Source: Candidatus Peregrinibacteria bacterium
GTDB taxonomy: Bacteria; Patescibacteriota; Gracilibacteria; UBA1369; LOWO2-01-FULL-3
Assembly: GCA_014729275.1 (NCBI GenBank)
Contig: WJKE01000102.1
Location: forward strand, 1-54,375
Direction of reading: 5' to 3'
DNA: 54,375 bases
Shown here: positions 35,412 to 45,700 of the stretch, piece after piece
How the letters are laid out: each line of letters opens with the position of its first letter
Position numbering within the stretch: position 1 is the first letter of the stretch
Notes under the pieces: generated by a model
Database searches by the model: none
The model's input: the letters and a program-made list of their open reading frames with translations, nothing else
Told to the model about the DNA's origin: nothing
Position numbers and translations under genes: made by a program

Positions 35412-36168
35412 TTGGATATCTTATAAAACCATTGCCAGAAAAGAAATTGTAAGATTTTTGAGAATCTGGCGTCAGACTTTGTTGCCGCCTGTGATTACAC
35501 AAACGCTTTATTTTGTGATTTTTGGAGCATTTATAGGTTCACAGGTGCGTGATATAAATGGTGTCTCTTATATGGCTTTTTTGGTACCCGGTTTAGTAAT
35601 GATGGCTGTTATTAATAATTCTTTTGCTAATGTGGTTTCATCATTTTTTGGTTCAAAGTTTCAAAAAAATTACGAGGAATTGATGGTTTCTCCGACACCA
35701 AACCGGATTGTAGTAGCTGGTTATATAAGCGGGGGAGTATTTAGAGGACTTTTGGTTGGTTTTATTGTTTTTTTGGTCTCTATATTTTTCACACAAATTG
35801 AAATTTATAATTTACCGATTGTATTTTTGTTTGTGCTTCTTACTTCAATTTTGTTTTCTTTAGCCGGTTTTATTAACGCAATTTTTTCAAAAAAATTCGA
35901 TGATATAAGTATTTTTTCGAATTTTGTGCTTATCCCTTTAACCTATTTTGGGGGAGTTTTCTATTCCATAAAATCTTTGCCGGATTTTTGGCAAATGGCT
36001 TCCAGGCTCAACCCGATACTTTATATGATTGATGGATTTAGGTACGGATTTCATGGTTTTAACGATGTTTCTTTGCAAATAAGCTTGTTGGTCATTATTT
36101 TTTTAACGGCTTTTCTTTTGTTGTTTGCTCTTTATTTAATGAAAAAAGGAATTGGTTTGAAAGCTTGA
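35404..36168 (+). CDS. ABC-2 type transporter permease
   Basis: 254 aa with 6 TM segments. Overlaps the ATPase gene by 8 nt. Typical ABC-2 membrane-subunit pattern. Confidence 0.85.
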   Translation: MLSWISYKTIARKEIVRFLRIWRQTLLPPVITQTLYFVIFGAFIGSQVRDINGVSYMAFLVPGLVMMAVINNSFANVVSSFFGSKFQKNYEELMVSPTPNRIVVAGYISGGVFRGLLVGFIVFLVSIFFTQIEIYNLPIVFLFVLLTSILFSLAGFINAIFSKKFDDISIFSNFVLIPLTYFGGVFYSIKSLPDFWQMASRLNPILYMIDGFRYGFHGFNDVSLQISLLVIIFLTAFLLLFALYLMKKGIGLKA

Positions 36169-36340
36169 TGTTTTTAGAAATTTGTTGACGTGAAAATTGC
36201 GGGAGCTGTCAAAGCTGCTTCGATACTAAAGCGCTTGATGTGAAAATTGCTGAAGAGATCTAAACCATTTTTTCCAATGATGAGACAATTAAAGTGTTCA
36301 TTTTAGATGATCTTAAGTTATGTCTTAAGGGTGGGGTTAG

Positions 36341-37135
36341 TCAATCAAACAGTGTTGTGTTCAGCTTAACTTTTTTCGGTAAAGTTATTGTCAGTATAGT
36401 GCTAATAAAAACAACAAGTAAAAAGGATGCGACTATGAAGATTGAGTTATTAATGATGTTAGAGTAAATGAATAACGGCACCCCAATTACAAATGATATT
36501 GCTATGCCTAAAAATACTCCTTTTTCGCTCAATCTTTTTTTGTATAAACTTAAAACTGTTGGAACCATCACACATGCTGCGATTGTATTGAAGATCCACC
36601 ATAAGTGTTTGAGTCCGAATTCCGGAATGTAATGTGTAATATAAGCAATGACCAGGCCTATGATTCCTATTCCAACCATGGCTAACCGGGCTGATGTGAT
36701 TTGTGATTTTTCGGAATTATTTTTACTAACATCGGTAATCCAGAGTGAACTTGTTGCCATTAGTCCGGAATCTAAGGTGGAACTTAAGCCCGAAAGCAAC
36801 ATTATAATAAAAAGAAGAATTGCCCATGATGGAAGTAGGGTTGTAACAGTTTGAATTCCGATCATGGAAGGGTCAATGCCCTGTGGCAAAGTTATTCCAA
36901 GATTAGGATTTACTGCCATGAATCCTAGAATGGATAAAGCAACCGGAACAATTCCAAAAATTAGGCTTCCGAAAATGAATGATTTTTTTAAATCTTTTTT
37001 CTTGATAGCAAATGAGCGCTGCCAATACTGTTGATCAGAAATAGAGCCCGCTAATAATCCAATTGCTGTAACAATTCCAAAAGAGAAGGCGACATCTGGA
37101 TTAAAAATACTGTCTATATTCGAAGTTCCTTCCAA
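36341..37135 (-). pseudogene. sodium:solute symporter (SSS) family gene fragment, N-terminally truncated
   Basis: 264 aa corresponding only to the C-terminal TM bundle (SDQQYWQRSFAIKKK motif). The frame is open upstream only to 37168, then hits a stop. The ~200 aa N-terminal half expected for this family is absent. Confidence 0.55.
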
Positions 37136-37307
37136 ACCTGATTTAATTATTTCTATTCCGCCACCTGCTTATGATCCGCCGGTTTATGATCTACCTACAT
37201 ATACTCCACCTGCGTATACTGTTCCTAAAGATACAACTACTTATGAATCCGAGTCTACTCCTGTAGTTACAAAGCCTTCGTGTCCGCTAAATTCTACATA
37301 TGATTCT

Positions 37308-37709
37308 GTGAATAAAGAGTGTGATTGTAAGGAAAGGTATGCTCCGTCTTTGAGTAAAACTAAGTGTATAAAGATTCCGGAACATGCGCATGAGGTTGAT
37401 AGTGATACGGATGTTTGGCTTTGTGATGATGGTTATGAGGAGGCAGGGAATAGTTGTGTGGAGATTGTTGAGGAGGAGGTTAGTTATGGGGTGGATGATG
37501 GAAGTGGGGAGATGGAGAAGATTTCAGTTGAGAGGAGTGTGGAGAGTGAGGGGGAGGAAGTTGATGTGGGTGAGGAAGTTGGTGAGGAGGTGGTGGGTGA
37601 TAAAGAGAATGACGCAGATAAAGATGCCGGGAAAGGATTTTTGGCGGTTTTGGGGTTATTGGGATTTTCTTATGGGTTGTTGAAGTGGGAGAAGAGGAAG
37701 GGGAGGTAG
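37308..37709 (+). CDS. Cys-containing, highly acidic protein with C-terminal TM anchor; probably a 5'-truncated remnant
   Basis: The track ORF starts at GTG 37308, but the frame stays open back to 37035 and encodes a Pro-rich stretch (IPPPAYDPPVYDLPTYTPPAYTVP) with no ATG. The C-terminus GFLAVLGLLGFSYGLL is a TM anchor. Confidence 0.35.
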   Translation: MNKECDCKERYAPSLSKTKCIKIPEHAHEVDSDTDVWLCDDGYEEAGNSCVEIVEEEVSYGVDDGSGEMEKISVERSVESEGEEVDVGEEVGEEVVGDKENDADKDAGKGFLAVLGLLGFSYGLLKWEKRKGR

Positions 37710-38306
37710 GGGGTTGAGAATCTTTACTGTACTTAGTAAAGATAATTCAATATAATTTTTATAGTTTTTATCAATCGAAAATATGTTTGATTTATTACTT
37801 GAATATAAATTTGTTATCGGCTTTATTGTGATAATTTGTGTTGGTGGGGGGGGTATTTTTTTGATTATGCTTATAGGGAAGGGTTTAAGGCAGGAAGAAA
37901 AGATCATGCTTATGAATTAAAAGTTGCAAAAAAAGAATAAAGAGATTGCTGAAAATCAGGTTAGAATGTTAGAAAATGAAGATGTTTAAAATTTTTGTTT
38001 TTTAATCTTAAATAGTTAAAATAAATTTGTTGATATTGATGACGTTAAAAATAAAGAGATAGAAAGATAAAAAAATGGTGAAATAACACCTGTACAAAAA
38101 AAATCATTTACGAGAAATGTCTTGATAATAATTGTTGTTGTTTTTGTTGTATTTTTTAGCGTTTATTATCTTATTTTTTATTTGCTAACATTTTAAAACC
38201 TAGTCGAAAGGGGGGTGGAGGAGATGGGGAATTTGTTGGAGTGAAAATTTTGATATTTTTTTAATTGGTATCTATACTTTAGTTAACTTAATAAAAAGAC
38301 ATTAAC

Positions 38307-39005
38307 ATGGGACAAATATATAATATTTATTGTGACGAGAGTTGTCATTTGGAAAATAGTAAAGATAACTCAATGGTTTTAGGCGGAATATGGTGTTTAG
38401 CCGATAAATATCACGACATATCAAAGAGAATTTTGGAAATAAAATCAAAATATAAAATTGCACCTGACTTTGAAATTAAATGGACCAAGGTCTCTCCAGC
38501 TAAAAAAAATTTTTATTTAGAGCTAATTGATTATTTTTTTGATGATGATGATATTCATTTTCGATGTGTTGTTGTTCCTGATAAATCAAAATTAGATCAT
38601 GAAAAATTTGATCAGACGCATGACCAATTTTATTACAAATTGTATTTTGATATGTTGAAAAACATTTTAACACCAAATGAACAATACCGTATTTATATTG
38701 ATATTAAAGATACAAGAGGGGCAATGAAAGTTAAAAAATTACAAGAGGTATTATGTAATAATATGTATGATTTCGATAGAAAAATAGTACAAAGATTTCA
38801 ACAGGTCCGTTCTCATGAAGTAACAATAATGCAAGTAACCGATCTATTAATTGGTGCTGTATCTTATCTATTCAGAGCTTTACAAACTAATTCAGCTAAA
38901 AAAGAACTTGTTGAAAGAATTAAAGAAAGATCCGGTTATTCACTTTATAAATCAACTCTTCTTAAAGAAGAAAAATTTAATCTTTTAGTTTGGGAACCGT
39001 CTTAA
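38307..39005 (+). CDS. DUF3800 family protein
   Basis: 232 aa. The N-terminal IYCDESCH (D-E-S motif) and the later YIDIKDTRG pattern are typical of DUF3800. Confidence 0.6.
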   Translation: MGQIYNIYCDESCHLENSKDNSMVLGGIWCLADKYHDISKRILEIKSKYKIAPDFEIKWTKVSPAKKNFYLELIDYFFDDDDIHFRCVVVPDKSKLDHEKFDQTHDQFYYKLYFDMLKNILTPNEQYRIYIDIKDTRGAMKVKKLQEVLCNNMYDFDRKIVQRFQQVRSHEVTIMQVTDLLIGAVSYLFRALQTNSAKKELVERIKERSGYSLYKSTLLKEEKFNLLVWEPS

Positions 39006-39030
39006 TAATTTTATACTACTTTATACTCTT

Positions 39031-39498
39031 ATGCTAAATTTACCTAATTTGATTAAACTTGAAGATTTTGGTGGAAATTGGGGAAAATATATTGATGCTG
39101 TTTACATGGTTTTTAAGGTTGATTTTTTAGATAAAAACCCAACCTTAAATGGAAAAAGAATCATTTTATGTAATAAAGATTTATATAGAGGTAAAGAAAA
39201 CACATTTTGGCATATAACCTCAGCTGGAAAAGAGGAAGAAGAGCGAATTCCCGATTTTTCAAAATGTGAAAGAATTAGGTGGATTGATTATTATATTAAT
39301 GAAGCCAATAATGATAATGAGTCTATTGTAATATGGGAAGAGGATAGAAAAGTTAAGATTTCTAATGATCAATGGGATTACGTTATTATTTTAATACCAA
39401 CAAGAAACTGCTATTTGTTATTAACTGCATATCCTGTTGAAAGGGAACACCGTAGATTAAAAATTAAAAAATCTTACTTACGCTCAAAATCCGCCTAG
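39031..39498 (+). CDS. hypothetical protein co-oriented with the DUF3800 gene
   Basis: 155-aa ORF, 25 nt downstream of the DUF3800 gene. No confident motif. A hairpin AAATCCG/CGGATTT spans the stop codon. Confidence 0.45.
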   Translation: MLNLPNLIKLEDFGGNWGKYIDAVYMVFKVDFLDKNPTLNGKRIILCNKDLYRGKENTFWHITSAGKEEEERIPDFSKCERIRWIDYYINEANNDNESIVIWEEDRKVKISNDQWDYVIILIPTRNCYLLLTAYPVEREHRRLKIKKSYLRSKSA

Positions 39499-39775
39499 TA
39501 ATAGACGGATTTCGTACTCCTTCTACGCATGGTAGATGAGCTATCTTAATGTTACGGTTTTAGTATTATATTGTCAATATGATTCGTCGGTTATTTGCTT
39601 AATAGTGCGCTTTTGTGAGATTAAAATTAATTCATCAGTATGAGCAATACAAGACTAAGTACTATACAAATATAGTTGAGTGCTAACTCTTAAATAGAGT
39701 TGAAAGTGTTTTTGATTAATTGAATAAAAATTTTTTTTGAAGTATAGATAGGTATATAATTTATATTTATGATTT

Positions 39776-40060
39776 ATGGAAAAAGGACCACAGCTAATTT
39801 TTTTAGGTGTTTGTGATAAATTTAAAGAAACTTTACTTGCAAGTGGAAGATTGGAAGATGGAAAAACTTTTCCAATTACAATGACCAATCTTTTGGGTTT
39901 ACGTTATTTTTATATTTCTTATGTCTATCCCTTACCAATCGATTTTTTTTATTTTGTATTTGCTATAGATATTGCAGATGACTTTGATCAGACATATAAA
40001 ATTAACATTATTGAAGAGGAGTCGATGCAAGAGGCCGGACATATGGAATTAAATATTTAA
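39776..40060 (+). CDS. hypothetical protein (possible accessory ORF or remnant upstream of the Shedu-like gene)
   Basis: 94-aa ORF, 51 nt upstream of 40112. No motif. Very AT-rich context. Confidence 0.3.
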   Translation: MEKGPQLIFLGVCDKFKETLLASGRLEDGKTFPITMTNLLGLRYFYISYVYPLPIDFFYFVFAIDIADDFDQTYKINIIEEESMQEAGHMELNI

Positions 40061-40111
40061 ACGGGATCATATGGATTACAAAAAGGACAGAAGCCCCAAA
40101 ATTATAAAATT

Positions 40112-41086
40112 ATGGGGGTAAAATTAAATGAAAATAATGGCGTAATTTTTAAAAAACCAGCTACTTATCTTATTTCATTGGAGAAAGAAAAAGGTAGTAC
40201 CTTATTAGGTAAAATTCAAATGGAGTATCAACTTTTACCAGAATATACAGATAAGGATCTTAATTTTATTAAAAATGATCCCATGGCTATGAAAAATGTT
40301 AGATTTACTATAGCCTGCAATAAATGTGATGATTTTATAAAACCTTACGTAGGGCTAAAAAAGGATGATGAATTAGCTAAAAAAGACCAACTGATTTGGT
40401 ATAAAGATGTTCCAGATCAATTTATTTGTGGTTGTGGAAAAACAATTGTTGATCTTAAATATATTAAACAAAATTTTCATGCCTTATTAGGAAGGAGGGG
40501 CTTAATTTTTCAAAATAATGGTTCATTTGAGATGGACTTTAATAAATCAGCATTTATTCAGGTTATTACAGATTTTAAAAAGTTAGTTGAAGATGAAACA
40601 AAGGCTCCTACTGGTGAAGCAACGTTACAAGACTTTATTGAAAAGAATCCTATAGTTTTAAGTTGTTTTTCCCCAGAATTGATAGAGCCGAAGGCCCCAA
40701 TTGGTTCAAAATATGAAACAGATTTTGCATTAATTAATCAGAAAAAAGAATTGATATTGATAGAAATTGAAAAACCTTCAACAAAATTGTTTAAAGCAAA
40801 AGGAGGAAGGCATAGTGAAGTTGGGGTAGCTTTTGATCAAGTTGAAGATTGGTTGAAAGAATGTCGTGAAGATAAATTAGGAGTCATTAGAAATTTAAAG
40901 ATGGAAGGTGTAAAAAATGATGATATTTGTGAAATTAGAGGTGTTATTATTGCCGGAAGAACTAAAGAAGAAGATATGGAATATATGGGAAAATTATTGA
41001 ATGGTCATAAGCATATAGACTTTTTTACTTATGACCATTTAATTGAGCAATTAATAGCAATATCTAGATCTTTAAGAGATCTTTAA
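40112..41086 (+). CDS. Shedu-like (DUF4263, PD-(D/E)xK) nuclease-domain protein with N-terminal Cys-rich region
   Basis: 324 aa. C-terminal half: YETDFALINQKKELILIEIEKPSTKLF (D...E-x-K), FDQVEDWL, VIIAGR...FFTYDHLIEQL, which matches my recollection of the DUF4263/SduA core. N-terminal CNKCDDF...CGCGK may be a zinc ribbon. Confidence 0.55.
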   Translation: MGVKLNENNGVIFKKPATYLISLEKEKGSTLLGKIQMEYQLLPEYTDKDLNFIKNDPMAMKNVRFTIACNKCDDFIKPYVGLKKDDELAKKDQLIWYKDVPDQFICGCGKTIVDLKYIKQNFHALLGRRGLIFQNNGSFEMDFNKSAFIQVITDFKKLVEDETKAPTGEATLQDFIEKNPIVLSCFSPELIEPKAPIGSKYETDFALINQKKELILIEIEKPSTKLFKAKGGRHSEVGVAFDQVEDWLKECREDKLGVIRNLKMEGVKNDDICEIRGVIIAGRTKEEDMEYMGKLLNGHKHIDFFTYDHLIEQLIAISRSLRDL

Positions 41087-41159
41087 ATCAATTTATGCGA
41101 ACTGGGATGATTGTTGTAATTCATCTGTTATTAATAAGAGATTATATTGAAAAAAAGTA

Positions 41160-41387
41160 GATTTTTTTCAATGCTAATATTGCGTTCAATAGGGATTTGC
41201 TGAAAAAGCTTGAGATTTTTGCAACCTTCTAATTAGGTATAGCGTTCAATTGGGTCCGCTAAAATTTCGTTGTAATTTGCGGACGCTTTAAGCTGCAAAT
41301 TACTCGAAATTTTGCCTGCGCCTCCGATCAAGTCTCTTTGGAGCTCGCTTGATCTGCGGCTTCGGATCGCAAATCTCGCTACTACCC
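41160..41387. repeat. tRNA-trailer repeat region: one hairpin module (41314..41383) plus two GTTCAAT-GGG blocks
   Basis: Shares AATTTTGCCTGCGCCTCCG, CTGCGGCTTCGG, CTCGCTACT and CTGAAAAAGCTTGA with 10213..10434. The module ends exactly 4 nt from the tRNA 3' end at both loci. Confidence 0.6.
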
Positions 41388-41433
41388 TGGAGCTGCGGAT
41401 GAGATTTGAACTCACGACCCCTTCCTTACCATG
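41388..41433 (-). pseudogene. 3' half of the split host tRNA-Thr(GGT) (anticodon loop to CCA); attR side
   Basis: Minus strand reads CATGGTAAGGAAGGGGTCGTGAGTTCAAATCTCATCCGCAGCTCCA. No matching 5' half lies adjacent; the complementary half is at 51850..51878. Confidence 0.85.
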
Positions 41434-41594
41434 TAGATACTGTAGGGGGTGTGCGGGGTTTTTATTTACTTTAAGCCGAGTTGTTATGAGCGTGCCGGTA
41501 GGTGTGCTGAGGGTGTGGTGAGGCACATCCGGAGTGAAATTTAAGTTGAGTATATCTTCAAAGAAATTAAAATAAAAGTTTAATTTTTAAATCG

Positions 41595-42650
41595 TTATTT
41601 TAGCTTATTTATAATTGTTTTTAGAGATTTTTCGTAACCTTTAATATTTGATGGGTATCTTTTTGATTCGATCCATTTAATTTTTTTAAAATTTAAACCT
41701 TTTCCTTTATATTCAATATTTTGATTTATGTCAGCTGCATCAATATGAGATATTATCCCCGTAGGAATTATGGATGGACCAATTTTAAACTCACGTGAGG
41801 CATATAATGGGAAATTTTTATCAAAATTGCATGGGTCAAAAATGAAAAGAAAAATTTTATAATCATATTCTTTTCTTCTTTTAAATTTGAATTCTCCTAA
41901 CTCTGCATAATGTGAAAGCAAATGCATTGAATGATCTCCTACTCCTATGTCTTCTAAATCAATTTTTCTTAATTTTGCTTTTTTATCTATGATAGAAAAT
42001 TTCTTAAAAAATAGATTCTTTTTTTCATCAAAAATTAACACCAAATATTTGTAACCTATTAAGGGGAAAGTTGTTGATATGCTAATTATTTTGGGAAGAT
42101 TTTTTATACTTGTTTTGCTTCTAACATCAGGAATCCCGATAGACAGTTGGAAGTTAGCGCAATTTATTAGGTCTTCTTGATTAAAGCCTTGTTTATTAAG
42201 TAAATAATCCCAATCAGAAAATTTTGATGGATGCGGGATATAATAATGATAAGAGTAAATAGATATAAATATTAGTGCAGTAATTGTGGCAAGCATTATT
42301 AATGAAGTACTATTAAGATTATTGATACTGAAATTTGCTGAAAATAGGAAAATCATGAACAAACCTATATCAATAATAATTATCCCTAAATAAGAAAGTG
42401 TTATTAGTTTTTGAATATCTTCGTATTCAGATTTATATTTTAAGATTAATTGATTATATTTTCGTATTCTTAGGACCTGTTTATTTTTTTGTTCTAAGTC
42501 TGTTGCGGAGGTTGTTCTTGGCAAGTAAAAGGCAAATAATTTATTCTTTAACTCTCTAATAGTTTTTAGTTGTGGTACTACATAAATTGCAAAAAAATAT
42601 GAATTAATAATGTAAAGAGCTAGGTTAATGTAAGGTTCAAAATTATCCAT
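41595..42650 (-). CDS. multi-TM hypothetical protein (island cargo)
   Basis: 351 aa. One N-terminal TM and a cluster of TM segments around residues 85-135, then a ~200-aa soluble C-terminal region. No motif recognised. Divergent from the RM gene. Confidence 0.5.
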   Translation of the reverse strand: MDNFEPYINLALYIINSYFFAIYVVPQLKTIRELKNKLFAFYLPRTTSATDLEQKNKQVLRIRKYNQLILKYKSEYEDIQKLITLSYLGIIIIDIGLFMIFLFSANFSINNLNSTSLIMLATITALIFISIYSYHYYIPHPSKFSDWDYLLNKQGFNQEDLINCANFQLSIGIPDVRSKTSIKNLPKIISISTTFPLIGYKYLVLIFDEKKNLFFKKFSIIDKKAKLRKIDLEDIGVGDHSMHLLSHYAELGEFKFKRRKEYDYKIFLFIFDPCNFDKNFPLYASREFKIGPSIIPTGIISHIDAADINQNIEYKGKGLNFKKIKWIESKRYPSNIKGYEKSLKTIINKLK

Positions 42651-42787
42651 TGTATTTATTAAAACAATTAGTAATCTACTTTAATAAAAATGTCATAGCA
42701 ATTTAAACAACAAAAAATAGGACTATATTCGAGTTTCATTATCATTTTCAGATAGATATAATAAGGGTGATTTATTAAAAAATTGTC

Positions 42788-45700
42788 GTGGCATCAATTT
42801 TTAAACAAAAAAAATTAAAAGAAGAACTTGAGAAATTTGAAATTCTGGAATTTGAGCAAAAGTTAGAAATAGTCAAAAAATGGCATAAGGCTTATGAAGA
42901 TGGAAGTTTGCAAAAAAAGAGTGAGAAAGAGGTTGAACAAGAGTTTATTCAGAGCTTTTTTGTGGATATTTTAGGATATACTCGATTCCCAGAAAATCCA
43001 CATACAATTATTCCACAGGGAAAAGTTCAAAAGGCTGGAGGTCAAAAACCTGATGCAATTTTGGGGTGTTTTGAGGAAGATAAGAAAATAAAAAGAGTTA
43101 GTGCGGTTTGTGAGATTAAAGATGCAAATACACCTTTAGATAAATCACAACAGAGAGCTGGGAGTATGACTCCGGTCCAGCAAGCTTTTAAATATAAATA
43201 TCAATATGATCGGTGTGATTTTGTGATTGCTACTAACTTTTTTGAAATCCGTCTTTTACAAGATACGGAATTGCATTATGAGAAATGGACATTAAAAACA
43301 CTTGTAGATGAAAAAAATGACTATTTTGACTTTAAAAAGTTTTACTATTTACTCTGTGAGAAAAATTTTGTGGCAAAGACGGGACAAAGTAGAACAGAAA
43401 AACTTCTATCGGAAATTCGGATTGAGGAAGAAGCAATTACCAAAAAGTTTTATGGTGAATACAAGAGTTTAAGATTAAGTTTGATTGGAAATATTTTGGC
43501 TAATAATGAGGAATTCTTAGGAGAGAATGCCTTGGATATTGCGATTGAAAAAGCTCAAAAGATTATTGATAGGATTGTTTTTGTATGTTTTTGTGAGGAC
43601 CTTGATTTGCTGCCTCAGCATAAATTGAAGGAAGTAGTCAATCATACTGAGAAAGTTGGTTTAGCTTTGCCGATTTGGGATATTATGAAAGGATTCTTTA
43701 ATGCTATTGATAGAGGTAGTGAAAAATTAGAGATTCCGCATGGTTTCAATGGTGAGTTATTTAAACAAGATCCTTTATTAGAAGGACTTAGAATTGATGA
43801 TGAACTTTGTAAGAGGTTTGTAGATTTAGGAAAATATGATTTTAGCGAAGATTTGACTGTAAATATTTTAGGACATATCTTTGAGCAATCAATAAGCGAT
43901 ATTGAAGATTTGAAGGCTTTGGATGATGTTGAAGAGCTTACAAAGAAGAAGTCAAAAAGGAAGAAGGAAGGCATTTTCTACACTCCCGAGTATATTGTTG
44001 ATTATATTGTAAAAAATTCAGTTGGGACTTGGCTTAAGGAAAGAGAAAAGGAATTATTAAAAAAACATGGGGTTAAGGAAGGTATTGAAGATAAAAATTA
44101 TAAGAAAAGATATCAAGCGGCTTATGAGGAATATCAAGGAGTTTTACAAAATATTAAAGTGTTAGATCCGGCCTGTGGTAGTGGTGCTTTTTTGGTGAAA
44201 GTATTTGATTATTTATTAGAAGAGAATAAAAGAGTGGGAGAGATTTTAGGAAATATATTTAGTGATGAAGGTTATATTAAAGACATTTTGCAGAATAATA
44301 TTTATGGTGTGGATTTAAATGAAGAGAGCGTGGAGATAACAAAATTATCTTTATGGTTAAAGACCGCAGAGAAAGGGAAAAAATTAACAACTTTAAAAGA
44401 AAATATAAAATGTGGAAATAGCTTAATAGATGATGTGGAAGTCGCTGGGGATAAAGCTTTTATATGGGAAAAGGAATTTAAAGAGATTATGGAAGCAGGG
44501 GGATTTGATGTGATTGTGGGAAATCCTCCATATGTAAGACAAGAACTGTTGAATTCAAAAATTAAAGAATTTTTAAATGTTAAGTATGATAATGTTGGCT
44601 CTTTTACTGCGGATCTTTATGTTTATTTTTTTGGGCTTTCATTGAGATTGCTTAATAGTAAAGGATTTTTAGGTTTTATTGCTCCAAATAAATGGATGGA
44701 AAGAAAATACGGATTTAACATGAGATGTTATATAAAAAATTATAATATTATTTATATAGTTAATTATGGAGAATTAAAGATTTTTGAGGATGCGAGTACT
44801 GAACCTGCAATATATATAATTAAAAATATCGAATCTCAAGATGATATCAACTATTCAAGATTAGAAAATTTAGCTTTAGCGCAAGCTACAGCCAATTATC
44901 ATTATGAAAAATATAAAAAATTTAATTTAGATGATAAAATATGGAGGTTTATTCCAAAAGAAAATCAAGTAATTTTAAATAAATTTCTAAAGAGCAATAA
45001 AAAAATATCTACTATTGGTGATTATACAAAGGGTGGTATCAAATATGGGATAAAAACTGGTTATAATACTGCTTTTATTATTAAAGAAGAGCAAAAAGAA
45101 CTTTTGATTGAAAATGATATAAAATCTTCTGAAATAATTAAACCTATGGTGGAAGGGGATGATTTTTCTGACTGGCATTTAATAAAGCAGGATAAATATA
45201 TGCTTGCTACTGGATATGATCTTGATATTCCTTCAGTATATCCTGCCATCTATGAATATTTAAAAAGTTACGAAGAAAAATTAATCAATAGATATGATAA
45301 AGGAGTAAATTATTGGAATCTAAGAGCTTGTGACTATTATGACTTGTTAGAGAAACCTAAAATTATCTTTTATCACACTGCAAAGCATCATTCTTTTTAT
45401 TATGATGAAGAGGGATTATATATAAGTGCAAATTGTTATTTTATTACAAATGTAGATAGATATTTGCAATGCTTTTTGAATTCGAAATTGTTTCAATTTG
45501 TTAAGAGGTATTTATTTCCGTCTTTTGGAGATCCAGAAAAAGGAGGACGTATGAGACTAGATGCAAATCAAATGAGAAAGGTTCCTATTGTTATTCCCGA
45601 AGCAAATCAAAAAGATGAATTTCATAAATTGGCAGAAAAAATTTCAAAATTTTCGACAGAAAGGCAGAGTGTTTTGGATAAGTTCGATAAGTTATTAAAA

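Noticed and set aside
36185-36260. Recurrence of GTGAAAATTG: twice here, three times in the 65-bp repeat, and a near-copy at about 38240. A possible transcription-factor site.
   Set aside because: A 10-mer in AT-rich DNA with no extended flanking similarity could be chance. It would need genome-wide enrichment statistics.
37384-37683. Track ORF 37384..37683 (plus strand, 99 aa, Arg/Trp/Met-rich).
   Set aside because: It is an alternative frame of the GAG/GTG-rich acidic ORF 37308..37709. The composition is typical of an off-frame artefact.
37783-37920. A 45-aa hydrophobic ORF (MFDLLLEYKFVIGFIVIICVGGGGIFLIMLIGKGLRQEEKIMLMN) containing a G8 homopolymer (37846..37853), possibly a phase-variable small membrane protein.
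   Set aside because: There is no ribosome-binding site, no homolog recognisable by eye, and it lies in decayed gene-less DNA. The G-tract alone is insufficient evidence. It is worth a look only if transcript or proteomic data exist.
39515-39535. TCTACGCATGGTAGA, resembling the island-end/att junction TCTACATGGTAAGGA. A possible degenerate att of an older insertion.
   Set aside because: The match is short and interrupted, and it lacks the full 11-bp core and any partner site. It is not distinguishable from chance.
41233-41526. Track ORFs 41233..41526 (minus strand, 97 aa) and 41312..41521 (plus strand, 69 aa).
   Set aside because: Both lie entirely on the tRNA-trailer repeat, the tRNA-Thr 3' half and the att junction. 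Their sequence is explained by those elements, so they are not credible genes.
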